Shown here piece by piece: positions 10,214 through 18,427 of a stretch of 64,000 nt of DNA. Made by a program: the position numbers and the translations under genes. The DNA comes from Candidatus Ozemobacteraceae bacterium (GTDB taxonomy: Bacteria; Muiribacteriota; Ozemobacteria; Ozemobacterales; Ozemobacteraceae), in NCBI GenBank assembly GCA_965140445.1, contig OZ223236.1, forward strand, positions 1,888,001 through 1,952,000, written 5' to 3'. The notes beneath the pieces were generated by a model. It did no database searches and was not told where the DNA came from. It worked only from the letters and a program-made list of their open reading frames with translations. The stretch's first letter is position 1; each line of letters begins with the position of its first letter.

Positions 10214-10620
10214 TTCTTCTGAGCTCTCTTTTCAAAAAACTCTTTTAAATTTATAATACTTCTAATTCCACTTTCTTGAACTTTTTTTGCTAAAGCCTCA
10301 AGAGTTGAACTTTCCCTATAACCAATTGCTTCTAGAAGCATCGGCAGGTTTACGCCTGTTACAATCTGAATTTTTTCCTGCTTCAACAAATCTACACATA
10401 CATTTGTTGCGCTTCCACCCATAATATCAGTAAGTATCAGACAGCCACTGTCTTTATATTGTTCAATGGCTTCAGTGGTTTTTTGCTTTAAAGTTTCTAA
10501 TGACTCTTTTGCGGTAAAAGAAACTGCATGAACGTTTGCTTGTTCACCCATAATTAGTTTAGAGGTTTTTAACAATTCGTCTGACAATTCACCATGCGTA
10601 ATTAGTATGATTCCTATCAT
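10210..10620 (-). CDS. PTS mannose family IIA component
   Basis: IILITHG, LTDIMGGS, TGVNLPML. Confidence 0.95.
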   Translation of the reverse strand: MIGIILITHGELSDELLKTSKLIMGEQANVHAVSFTAKESLETLKQKTTEAIEQYKDSGCLILTDIMGGSATNVCVDLLKQEKIQIVTGVNLPMLLEAIGYRESSTLEALAKKVQESGIRSIINLKEFFEKRAQKK

Positions 10621-10626
10621 TCCGGT

Positions 10627-11091
10627 TTAGTCCTCCAAACAATGGTATAAGATTCGCGAAGAGGATATTTCATAATCCACATCCATCCCTGGAATCCCAA
10701 GGCTTCCAAAGATCCCCATTGCCAGATCGTTATCTCGTACAACCAGGCCTATTTTCAGGCCGCCACCAGCAACATTGACCATTGGGCTATCAAAGGAGCG
10801 CAGGATTTCTTCTATTAATTTAGTAATAGAATGCCTGTTTTTCATGTTAATAGAAATAAGGCCGCTGTTTTCAGCTGCCCCAAATGTATTACGAAGAATT
10901 TTGCTTTTTAAGTTATCGCCGCTGCCACCAGCACGTGTGATTACAGCGTTAACACCATTTTCAGCAAGGAAATCAACCAGATCATCGTCCTGGTCATTTT
11001 CTACCATGCTGCACAATAAAGCTGCTTTGGAGAGAGATATCTCCCCATTCTGATTTAAGAAATTCTCAAAAGAAATTTGATTCATGTACAT
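10627..11091 (-). CDS. HutP-family (RNA-binding antiterminator-like) protein, divergent
   Basis: 154 aa; KAALLCS..., GAAENSGLI..NRHS, GLKIGLVVRD..LAMGIFGSLG..DYE resemble the HutP sequence pattern by eye. Confidence 0.55.
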   Translation of the reverse strand: MYMNQISFENFLNQNGEISLSKAALLCSMVENDQDDDLVDFLAENGVNAVITRAGGSGDNLKSKILRNTFGAAENSGLISINMKNRHSITKLIEEILRSFDSPMVNVAGGGLKIGLVVRDNDLAMGIFGSLGIPGMDVDYEISSSRILYHCLED

Positions 11092-11124
11092 TCAGCGCTT
11101 TCAAAAAATACGGTACCAGCGCTC

Positions 11125-11153
11125 ATTATAGGTCTGAGTATGACCAATGTCAA
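11125..11153 (-). promoter_or_regulatory. Consensus sigma70-type promoter for the HutP-like/PTS operon
   Basis: Minus strand TTGACA (11153-11148), 17-bp spacer, TATAAT (11130-11125): perfect consensus. Confidence 0.9.
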
Positions 11154-11229
11154 GAAAAGTTGCTTCAATTAGGCTGGCAGCAAAGGAAAAGGGTTTAGCT
11201 AAGTTAATCTTATTTCTGAACAAATGTAT

Positions 11230-11256
11230 TTAGAAAAATGTAACCTTTGCCGATAT
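11230..11256 (+). promoter_or_regulatory. Putative sigma28 (FliA/SigD)-type promoter
   Basis: GCCGATAT at 11249-11256 (consensus -10), TTAG 15 nt upstream; ATG 7 nt downstream with no SD. Confidence 0.45.
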
Positions 11257-11263
11257 TGACGAC

Positions 11264-12328
11264 ATGATTAAAAGGAAGAAATTGATATCAGCTATTACGG
11301 CTGCGTTGATTGCATTAGCTGGAAGCAGTTATGCTCTGGATCTTAGCAGATTTCAGGGTTTTCTTTCAAATTCCGGAAGAAAGGTTACTCCTAAGCGACA
11401 GGAGTATGAACTGGCAGATAAACCAGTGGCTTCACAAAATTATCGGAGTTTGAATGCAGATGCTTCTTATCAGACTAATGGTCAAGGCGACCTTGTGACA
11501 CTTGGACAAAATACCCAGTTAAGGGATGGAGAGAGGTATCTTCTTCCACCTGAAACTAGAGTTCCTGAAGCTTTAAGACCACTGCTCTCGGAACGCAGAA
11601 CACCTAGACAGGGAATAAGTCTTGTTGGTGGATCAGGTGCTATACTAGTGCCTTCGCCCGGTGTTCTGGAACCGGGAAAGACTGCCGTTTCTGTTCACGC
11701 AGCACCATTTGAATTATACAATATTAACGATGTCAAATACACTGATCAAGATTATTTCGACACAAACATCAGTGTTGTATATGGAGTTGGCGATGGCGTT
11801 GAAGTCGGTTTCGATAAAACATTTGCAAATCAGGATCGCTTTGATATAGCAGAACCATTGTTTTTTAACGCCAAGTATCAGGTTCCTGGTAATATTACCG
11901 TAGGTGGAAGTTTTTGTACGGATTCCGAAGCTGCTTATCACTCTGTTTGGGTGAGCGCGGGGGTTCCGGTAGCCTGGGTCGGTGTTGGAGCTAACTTTGG
12001 TGCCGGAGAATATAAATTTAGTTATAATGGCTATGATAGGCTTAAAAGAGCTCGTTTTGGCGGATATAACTATGACTACAATACAGCTAAAGGATATGCT
12101 GATCCCATTTTCTTCCTTGTCGGGGGAGAGGTGCCTTTGAACGATAATCTAAGATTTGCCTATGATTTTAATGGTGATAAATTTAGCCTTGGATTTCGTT
12201 TTAACTACCAGCACGCAGTTTATTTTGACGCTTCGTATATTTCTGATGGTGATTATGAAAATCTGCCTGGCGCAATAGCTCACAAGAAAAATGGTAATTT
12301 TGTTTTTGGCGGAGCGATTGCTTTTTAA
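11264..12328 (+). CDS. Secreted protein, probable outer-membrane beta-barrel (YjbH-like)
   Basis: Signal peptide (SYA), G/Y/F-rich alternating strands, C-terminal FVFGGAIAF beta-signal, GGSGAILVPSPGVL motif. Confidence 0.55.
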   Translation: MIKRKKLISAITAALIALAGSSYALDLSRFQGFLSNSGRKVTPKRQEYELADKPVASQNYRSLNADASYQTNGQGDLVTLGQNTQLRDGERYLLPPETRVPEALRPLLSERRTPRQGISLVGGSGAILVPSPGVLEPGKTAVSVHAAPFELYNINDVKYTDQDYFDTNISVVYGVGDGVEVGFDKTFANQDRFDIAEPLFFNAKYQVPGNITVGGSFCTDSEAAYHSVWVSAGVPVAWVGVGANFGAGEYKFSYNGYDRLKRARFGGYNYDYNTAKGYADPIFFLVGGEVPLNDNLRFAYDFNGDKFSLGFRFNYQHAVYFDASYISDGDYENLPGAIAHKKNGNFVFGGAIAF

Positions 12329-12351
12329 GTTAAAATTAGCAGGAGGCACCT

Positions 12352-13074
12352 ATGAGTAGTTTTATTAGGAAGTCCTCCTGCTTTACCGTTTTTATTTTAC
12401 TCCTTGTTCCAGCCTGTTTGTCTGCTCTTGATCTGTTTTCCTATGAAGATGACTATGGACGCAAATATGTTGTTGATAGCATTGAGAAGGTGCCTGTAAG
12501 ATTCAGGAACCATGTTAAAAAGAACAAAATTGGCCAATTTAAGCCAGCTAATAAGGAAATTTTTGGTTCAGAAAAAGATAATTTTGTTCTGGAATCTCCC
12601 AAAGTTAAGCCTGAAAAAGACAAATTTATTATTCCGATTTTAGCAGAAGCTCCTCCTGAAATTGATTTGGAAAAAGAAAGAGCTAATCTGGCCAGCGTTA
12701 CAATTATTATTGAAGGAATGACAAAGATTCAGGAAAACAATGAGCAGATGCATCTTTTTTCTCGCACCAATCAGTTGAGACACCCAATCATTCTGACTTT
12801 ACAGAATGAAAATTTTAAAATTCTTAAAGATCTGAAGAATTTTAAAAGCTCAGATTGGGAAGAAGCCAAAGACTTTATGAGCAATTATTCAGAATTGAGT
12901 GAAAAGTTCTGGAAAATTCAGTGGACAGTTTCGAAATGGATAAAAGAGGGTGGGGAAGGAATTAAGACCGGTTTTTTGCCATTGCTGCAAGGTTCTAGAA
13001 GATCGCTCGATAAGCTTAGAATTATTTATAACGAACTAAAAAACAAGATATCTAGTGAAATGGAAGTGAAATAA
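12352..13074 (+). CDS. Hypothetical exported protein (N-terminus DUF4124-like)
   Basis: AGGAGG SD, signal peptide, LFSYEDDYGRKYVVDSIEKVP motif. Confidence 0.6.
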   Translation: MSSFIRKSSCFTVFILLLVPACLSALDLFSYEDDYGRKYVVDSIEKVPVRFRNHVKKNKIGQFKPANKEIFGSEKDNFVLESPKVKPEKDKFIIPILAEAPPEIDLEKERANLASVTIIIEGMTKIQENNEQMHLFSRTNQLRHPIILTLQNENFKILKDLKNFKSSDWEEAKDFMSNYSELSEKFWKIQWTVSKWIKEGGEGIKTGFLPLLQGSRRSLDKLRIIYNELKNKISSEMEVK

Positions 13075-13083
13075 TGCCGATAA
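13057..13083 (+). promoter_or_regulatory. Putative sigma28-type promoter
   Basis: GAAA-N15-GCCGATAA (13076-13083) upstream of the small ORF. Confidence 0.45.
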
Positions 13084-13112
13084 GAAAAGAAAAAGATTCT
13101 CGGAGGCTGAAA

Positions 13113-13244
13113 ATGGAATGCAAGAATTGCAAGGATAGAGCTATTTGTTATAACTTTATTCCTTCCACTAACGAAATTAACCAGAAAAACATGCAACAAG
13201 CTTATCTTAGAACACTTAGGTGCAGAAGGAAGCTTTTTGGCTAA
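13113..13244 (+). CDS. Small Cys-rich protein, 43 aa (below ORF-track cutoff)
   Basis: GGAGG SD 6 nt before ATG; MECKNCKDRAICYNFIPSTNEINQKNMQQAYLRTLRCRRKLFG; fills an otherwise empty intergenic gap. Confidence 0.6.
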   Translation: MECKNCKDRAICYNFIPSTNEINQKNMQQAYLRTLRCRRKLFG

Positions 13245-13338
13245 ATTCAATATTAATTAAAAGAGACAGTATTTCCAGTCTATATTGGGTATACTGTTTT
13301 TTTGTTTTAGGGACTTTAATTTGGGCAGGTTTGGGACA

Positions 13339-15858
13339 ATGAATTATTTAGAAATCAGGGAATGGTTTAAAAACAATCGAAGCAAGCTTTCCAGAAACGG
13401 GGTTTGGTTTAGTGGCGGTGAGCCAGGAACAATGGAGCCTTCTGTCTTTGATTCTGCCAGCCTGAGAGTCCTCATTGTAAGGCTTTCTGCTTATGATGAT
13501 GTGGCATCGGGTATAACCCACCAATACTTGTTTCAGATGGCAAAAGAAGTTGATGGTTGTTATGTAGATATGGCTTTTTTGCCGCCTGAACGAGATTTAG
13601 CTTTGATGGAAAAAGCGGGGATTCCTCTTTTAACAGGAACCACAAGTAAAAGGCCCGCTATGCAATTTGATGTCATTGCTGTAAGCAACTCCGTGCTTCA
13701 AGAGCTATTGAACTTACCTTTATTAATGAAGCTGAGTAGTATCCCGTTGAGCTTTGAAAACCGCCGAAAGTTGAATGCTCCATTTGTATTGCTTGGTGGA
13801 AGTAATTCTTATTGTCACTCTATTTTGCACGGCGAGACTGGAGAGGGAGAAGGCCTGGTCGACGCTGTTCTTTGCGGAGATGGAGAAGGAAGCTTTGGAA
13901 AAATTCTGGAAATTTTTGCGCAAACCCCTGAATTTACCTGGCAAGAAAGAATTGAACGAGTTATTGCTGAAGTTTGCGGGATTTATTTACCACGATTTTA
14001 TCAGCAAAGCTTTAATGAGGCTGGGCAACTTGTTAAAATTGAAGCTTCAGAAAACGCTCCTTTCCCTGTAAAGGTTAATAAAGCCTGTTTAAATAATTTA
14101 GAGCAAGGATTTGTCAGCGGTCCCCTTTTATATGATGGAAAGTCAGCAGGGTCATCTCATGTGATTTTAACCGCAGGCTGCCCTTCATTTTGCTCTTTCT
14201 GCAAGGAGTCCTGGGAGCAAAAACCATATCGAGAGCGACCTGTTGAAAGAGCAATAGCCGATGCTCTTCTTTTGAAAGCAGATCAAGGACTTCAAGAGAT
14301 TTCATTAATGACTTTTAATTTAAACACATACTCTGGGATCTTTGAATTGTTAACCTCTCTTGACAGCTTTTTTGATCGCGTCGCCTTAAAAAGTCAAAGA
14401 TTTGATTCTATTGCTCGTATGCCTGAATTGCTTGACAGGCAATTGGAAAGCGGGAAAAGGACTTATACCTGCGCTATGGAAGGAGTTAGCGCAAGGCTTC
14501 GTAGTTTTCTGCAAAAGAATCTGTCAGAAAGCGATTTAATGCAGGCTTTTGAAATCCTGTTTAAAAAACAGATCAGACAGTTAAAAATATTTTTAATCCT
14601 TACTGGATACGAAAATGATTCAGATATTGAAGATTTTAAGGAATTTCTTGCAAGCTTGAAATCTTTGCAAAACCGACTTTCTAATAGAACTAAGCTAACA
14701 TTTTCTTTCGCAACTCTTTTTCGACCCCCGCTAACTCCGTTTCAGTTTTCTGATAAACGCTCCTCGATAAATGAAATGACTGACTGTCTTGCAGTTTTGG
14801 TTGAAGAAATCAAGAAAAGCGGCTTTGAATGTAGAATTAGTGCACCTGTTTATGACGCTATTGTTTCAGAGTATGTTGCTTATGCAGATAGAAGGGCTAC
14901 TCAAATTCTTGTCAAATCATCTGTTGAAAAGAAGTTTGTCTATAGAGGAGAAATAAAAGAATTTGTTTGCAATTTCTGGCGAGAAAGCATGAAGGATCTG
15001 GGGTTCAGACATCCTGAAACATACCCGATTGATGAAAGAAAAAAATTGATTTTTCCATGGGATGACATTGCCCCAGGAGTAACAAAGGAATTTTTGTACT
15101 CTAATTATCTGAAGCTTAAAGAAGGTAGTGAAATATTTTCATGTATATCAGAGCCATGGGGAAAAGGCCAATGCAGCGGTTGCGGAGCGTGTTCATCTGT
15201 CGAAGAAATTGATGAAAAAACTCATCTTGGACCTAAATCCAGTGTTTCGTCAATTACTTTGGAACCAGCAAAATTAGCCAAGTTTGTTGTGACCGGACTA
15301 ATTCCTGAAAGCTGGGGATTCTGTGACAGAGAGTTTATAAAAGCGGCAATTAGCAGGAGTTTGATGAATGTGTTTCCCGATTTGGTTAAACCATTTAGGA
15401 AAATTACCAACATTGCTCCAACTCTTTTTTCCTGGGGAAAGTTTGTCGCCGAATTTGAAGTTGAAGATAGTTGGCGGCCAGATGTTACCTTTCTGAGATC
15501 CATTGAAAAAAAATGGAATGAGATTTTCATTGAGAGCGTAGAACGTTCAGTTAAAGGGGCTCTGGATAATATATTCCCGGCAAATGTTCAAATTGATCTT
15601 GCTTCAATTCCCGAGAATGCTACTGAAATATCTAGAAATGTTGATCAATTACTTACAAAATATAAAATTAAGCATCTGAAAAAAAGAGCCGGCAGTTCAA
15701 TGAGTTGGGAAATTAACTCAGGACAGGCAAAGAAAAGCGGTATTGGTTATATCGCCTTATTTGAATCGGAAAAGCGCCTGGAAATGGTGCTCCAAAAGTG
15801 GCCTGAAATATTTTTGATAAATAAAATTTCATTTGGGAATCCTTTAAAAATTGTTTGA
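13339..15858 (+). CDS. Radical SAM protein (TIGR03960-like) with C-terminal extension
   Basis: GCPSFCSFC CxxxCxxC motif, N-terminal SGGEP/MAFLP pattern, FPWDDI and CSGCGAC; ATG at 13339 preferred over TTG at 13285. Confidence 0.8.
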   Translation: MNYLEIREWFKNNRSKLSRNGVWFSGGEPGTMEPSVFDSASLRVLIVRLSAYDDVASGITHQYLFQMAKEVDGCYVDMAFLPPERDLALMEKAGIPLLTGTTSKRPAMQFDVIAVSNSVLQELLNLPLLMKLSSIPLSFENRRKLNAPFVLLGGSNSYCHSILHGETGEGEGLVDAVLCGDGEGSFGKILEIFAQTPEFTWQERIERVIAEVCGIYLPRFYQQSFNEAGQLVKIEASENAPFPVKVNKACLNNLEQGFVSGPLLYDGKSAGSSHVILTAGCPSFCSFCKESWEQKPYRERPVERAIADALLLKADQGLQEISLMTFNLNTYSGIFELLTSLDSFFDRVALKSQRFDSIARMPELLDRQLESGKRTYTCAMEGVSARLRSFLQKNLSESDLMQAFEILFKKQIRQLKIFLILTGYENDSDIEDFKEFLASLKSLQNRLSNRTKLTFSFATLFRPPLTPFQFSDKRSSINEMTDCLAVLVEEIKKSGFECRISAPVYDAIVSEYVAYADRRATQILVKSSVEKKFVYRGEIKEFVCNFWRESMKDLGFRHPETYPIDERKKLIFPWDDIAPGVTKEFLYSNYLKLKEGSEIFSCISEPWGKGQCSGCGACSSVEEIDEKTHLGPKSSVSSITLEPAKLAKFVVTGLIPESWGFCDREFIKAAISRSLMNVFPDLVKPFRKITNIAPTLFSWGKFVAEFEVEDSWRPDVTFLRSIEKKWNEIFIESVERSVKGALDNIFPANVQIDLASIPENATEISRNVDQLLTKYKIKHLKKRAGSSMSWEINSGQAKKSGIGYIALFESEKRLEMVLQKWPEIFLINKISFGNPLKIV

Positions 15859-15871
15859 TTGAAACAGCCAA

Positions 15872-15901
15872 TTGACACGGGATTTTATTGGGTTGTAATC
15901 T
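15872..15901 (+). promoter_or_regulatory. Sigma70-type promoter upstream of rnhB
   Basis: TTGACA (15872-15877) with TGTAAT at 16-nt or TAATCT at 18-nt spacing. Confidence 0.55.
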
Positions 15902-15907
15902 AGGTGT

Positions 15908-16558
15908 ATGAAAATAGAAGAAATGCATAATCATTATTATTACGAACAAATGGCTCAAAAGCAGGGTTTTAAAAATATTGCCGGTGGCGATGAAGCCGGG
16001 CGTGGACCATGGGCCGGTCCTGTTTACGCGGCATTTGTAATTCTTCCTCAAGATGAAAAAATAATTGGTCTGGATGATTCCAAGAAGCTTTCCAGAAAAA
16101 AAAGAAAAGAATTATACGAAGAAATTACTTCCAGGGCCTCCTGCTATGGTATTGGAACAGCTACTGCAGAAGAAATAGATAAGTATAATATTCTTGAAGC
16201 TACTCGATTAGCCTTTTCCAGGGCATTTGAAAATCTCAAAGTTCAGCCAGATTATGTTTTGCTGGATTATATTAAGCTACCATGGTTAACACTCCCCCAT
16301 AGAGCTTTTGCCAAGGGAGAATCCATAAGCGCTTCCGTTGCCGCGGCTTCTATTTTGGCTAAAGAAGCTCGTGACATTTTTATGGAAGATGCTGGCGAAA
16401 AATTTCCAGGTTATGGTTTTGAAAAGCACATGGGATACGGGACAAAAGTTCATCAGGAAGCCCTTATAGAAAAAGGGATATGTCCTCTTCATAGAAAGAC
16501 ATTTAAGCCTGTTAAAAAGTTTCTCCCAACAGATTTAAGAAATGAAACTCTTTTTTGA
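15908..16558 (+). CDS. rnhB: Ribonuclease HII
   Basis: DEAGRGPWAGPV, GLDDSKKL, AAASILAK, YGFEKHMGYGT. Confidence 0.96.
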   Translation: MKIEEMHNHYYYEQMAQKQGFKNIAGGDEAGRGPWAGPVYAAFVILPQDEKIIGLDDSKKLSRKKRKELYEEITSRASCYGIGTATAEEIDKYNILEATRLAFSRAFENLKVQPDYVLLDYIKLPWLTLPHRAFAKGESISASVAAASILAKEARDIFMEDAGEKFPGYGFEKHMGYGTKVHQEALIEKGICPLHRKTFKPVKKFLPTDLRNETLF

Positions 16559-17621
16559 TTCTTCATCTCACAATCTTAGCAATGGACAAAATGTTAAGGC
16601 GGAAGTTGTAGCAAAAGAATCAGGAAGCTCGCTTTTAATTATTAATGGATCTCCACAAAAGGTTGATGGAGAACTTAATGTGGGGCAGGAGATTGCTGGG
16701 AAAGTTGTAATCTCAAGTGACGGTAGAGTTGGGCTTGAGATTTCCTCTGCTACAGAAGGGAAAATTGATTATTCAAAGGTTCTTTCTCAGCTCGGCTTAA
16801 ATAACAGCTCAGAAAATAGAGAGCTTTTGGCCGCATTCAGCAGGTTTGGACTCCCATTTGATAGAAATATGCTTTTAAATGCAATTGCTATTGCAGGTAA
16901 GTTTGCATTATCAAAAGGATTGGCAGATTCTATTGCTTTTTCCATGCTAAAAGGGGTTCCAGAAAGTAAAATTGCTTTGGTTTTAAAATACTTTGAGGGA
17001 AAGTTAAAGTTTGATGAGCTTTTTTCAAAACTACAAAATTCTTTTTCTGCTGAACTTAAGCAAGCCTGGAGTGAGGGTGAGATTTTAAAAAAGGTTTTTG
17101 GGTTGATTGGTGCAAAAGGAAGCGAAAACTCATTTGGGTTTGATGAGTTAAAAAAGGAGTTTGCAGAAAAACTGGCAGAGAATTTTGACTTTCAAAGTGT
17201 TTTGTCAGATTCAAACGACAAAAGCGCTGAGAATAAGGTCTATTTCCAATGGCCTTTATTTTGGCAAAATTCTAGCCTTCCGGATACATTAGAGGGTGAA
17301 GCTTTTTATTCCCCAAAAGATAAACAAAATGAGCATGGGTTCAGTATTAGGATAAGAGTGTCCCCACCCAATCTTGGAAATATGGAAATATCTTTGAATA
17401 AGATAAGGGATTCTGTTTGGGTACACTTTGCTGTTGAGTCTGGTGAGTCTGAGCAAGAGATTAGAGGAATTTTTCTGAATATCAGACAAGCTTTAAAAAA
17501 CTTTGGATGGGATGAGGTAAAGATTTCTTCCGGGAGGTTGGCAAAGGAAGCTGGATTTTTTTTAAGGTCAACAATTGGCCCTGCCAAGCCAGCAAAGCAA
17601 TTGTTAGATTTAAAGGCATGA
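16542..17621 (+). CDS. FliK-like (hook-length control C-terminal domain) protein, YlqG-like position
   Basis: C-terminal SIRIRVSPPNLGNMEISL..VWVHF and LLDLKA ending; lies between rnhB and the FlhB-like gene. Confidence 0.6.
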   Translation: MKLFFDSSSHNLSNGQNVKAEVVAKESGSSLLIINGSPQKVDGELNVGQEIAGKVVISSDGRVGLEISSATEGKIDYSKVLSQLGLNNSSENRELLAAFSRFGLPFDRNMLLNAIAIAGKFALSKGLADSIAFSMLKGVPESKIALVLKYFEGKLKFDELFSKLQNSFSAELKQAWSEGEILKKVFGLIGAKGSENSFGFDELKKEFAEKLAENFDFQSVLSDSNDKSAENKVYFQWPLFWQNSSLPDTLEGEAFYSPKDKQNEHGFSIRIRVSPPNLGNMEISLNKIRDSVWVHFAVESGESEQEIRGIFLNIRQALKNFGWDEVKISSGRLAKEAGFFLRSTIGPAKPAKQLLDLKA

Positions 17622-17636
17622 AATTTGTTGTCATGA

Positions 17637-17948
17637 TTGGTGAAATATCTGAGTAATTCTGGAAAAAAAGAAGTAAAAGTTAACTATAACTCTGTTGCTG
17701 TTGCAATTAAGTATGCTTTTGGAAAAAGTGGAGAAGTCCCAAAAGTCATTGCAACAGGACGTGGTTTGTTGGCAAGAAAGATCCTGAAATTGGCAGAAGA
17801 AAATGAAGTTCCAATCAAGGAAGAACCAAAATTGGCTGAATCCCTTGCAGATTTTGCTCCGGGAACAGAGATTCCCGAAGAATTGTGGGAAGCTATGGCA
17901 GAAATTTTGGCTCAAATTTACATGTTGGATGGTAAAAGTCGTCAGTGA
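17637..17948 (+). CDS. FlhB C-terminal domain-like protein (EscU/YscU/HrcU switch family, YlqH-like)
   Basis: AVAIKY..PKVIATGRG..A.KI...A.ENEVPI..IPEELWEAMAEIL. Confidence 0.9.
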   Translation: MVKYLSNSGKKEVKVNYNSVAVAIKYAFGKSGEVPKVIATGRGLLARKILKLAEENEVPIKEEPKLAESLADFAPGTEIPEELWEAMAEILAQIYMLDGKSRQ

Positions 17949-18319
17949 AGAGTAATAAGCAGTTGCTAGGGGAAAAGGGAGAGAATTTAGCTTCAAACTA
18001 TCTATTAAAACTAAGTTACAAGATTCTTTTTAGAAATTTCAGAGTAAAGTCGGGAGAGATAGACATTATAGCATTGGACGGGGATGAACTCGTCTTTATA
18101 GAGGTTCGAACCAAGAAAAATGCTGAATTTGGGCTTCCACTGGAAACAATCAATTTTAAAAAGAGACGTCAAATTGAAAAGAATGCCAGGCTTTTTTTGT
18201 CTGCGAATAAGTTTTTTGATCAAAAGAATTGCAGGTTTGACGTAATTGGAGTGCTATTAAAGTCTGGAGAAAACCCAGAGATTACGCACGTGGTAAATGC
18301 TTTTTTAGCTGGAGAATAG
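17945..18319 (+). CDS. yraN: YraN family (UPF0102) PD-(D/E)xK endonuclease-like protein
   Basis: GEKGE, GEIDIIA, FIEVR, CRFDVI, HVVNAF. Confidence 0.92.
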   Translation: MKSNKQLLGEKGENLASNYLLKLSYKILFRNFRVKSGEIDIIALDGDELVFIEVRTKKNAEFGLPLETINFKKRRQIEKNARLFLSANKFFDQKNCRFDVIGVLLKSGENPEITHVVNAFLAGE

Positions 18320-18324
18320 TAGAC

Positions 18325-18353
18325 TTGACTGAATTTGTCCACTGTACTAGAAT
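18325..18353 (+). promoter_or_regulatory. Sigma70-type promoter
   Basis: TTGACT-17 bp-TAGAAT upstream of the SLBB gene. Confidence 0.7.
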
Positions 18354-18427
18354 TATGGTGCTTTGTTTTTCTTTAATAAACATTGTTTAAGCTATTGTCG
18401 ATACAATCAAAAAAATCAGGTGTAATA

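Noticed and set aside
13026..13250. 74-aa minus-strand ORF (TTG start)
   Set aside because: No SD, overlaps the 3' end of the upstream gene; the plus-strand 43-aa ORF with a GGAGG SD explains the region better.
13113..15858. RiPP (ranthipeptide/sactipeptide) cluster interpretation
   Set aside because: The radical SAM protein resembles TIGR03960 rather than SPASM/RRE maturases, and no peptidase or exporter is adjacent; kept only as a low-probability option.
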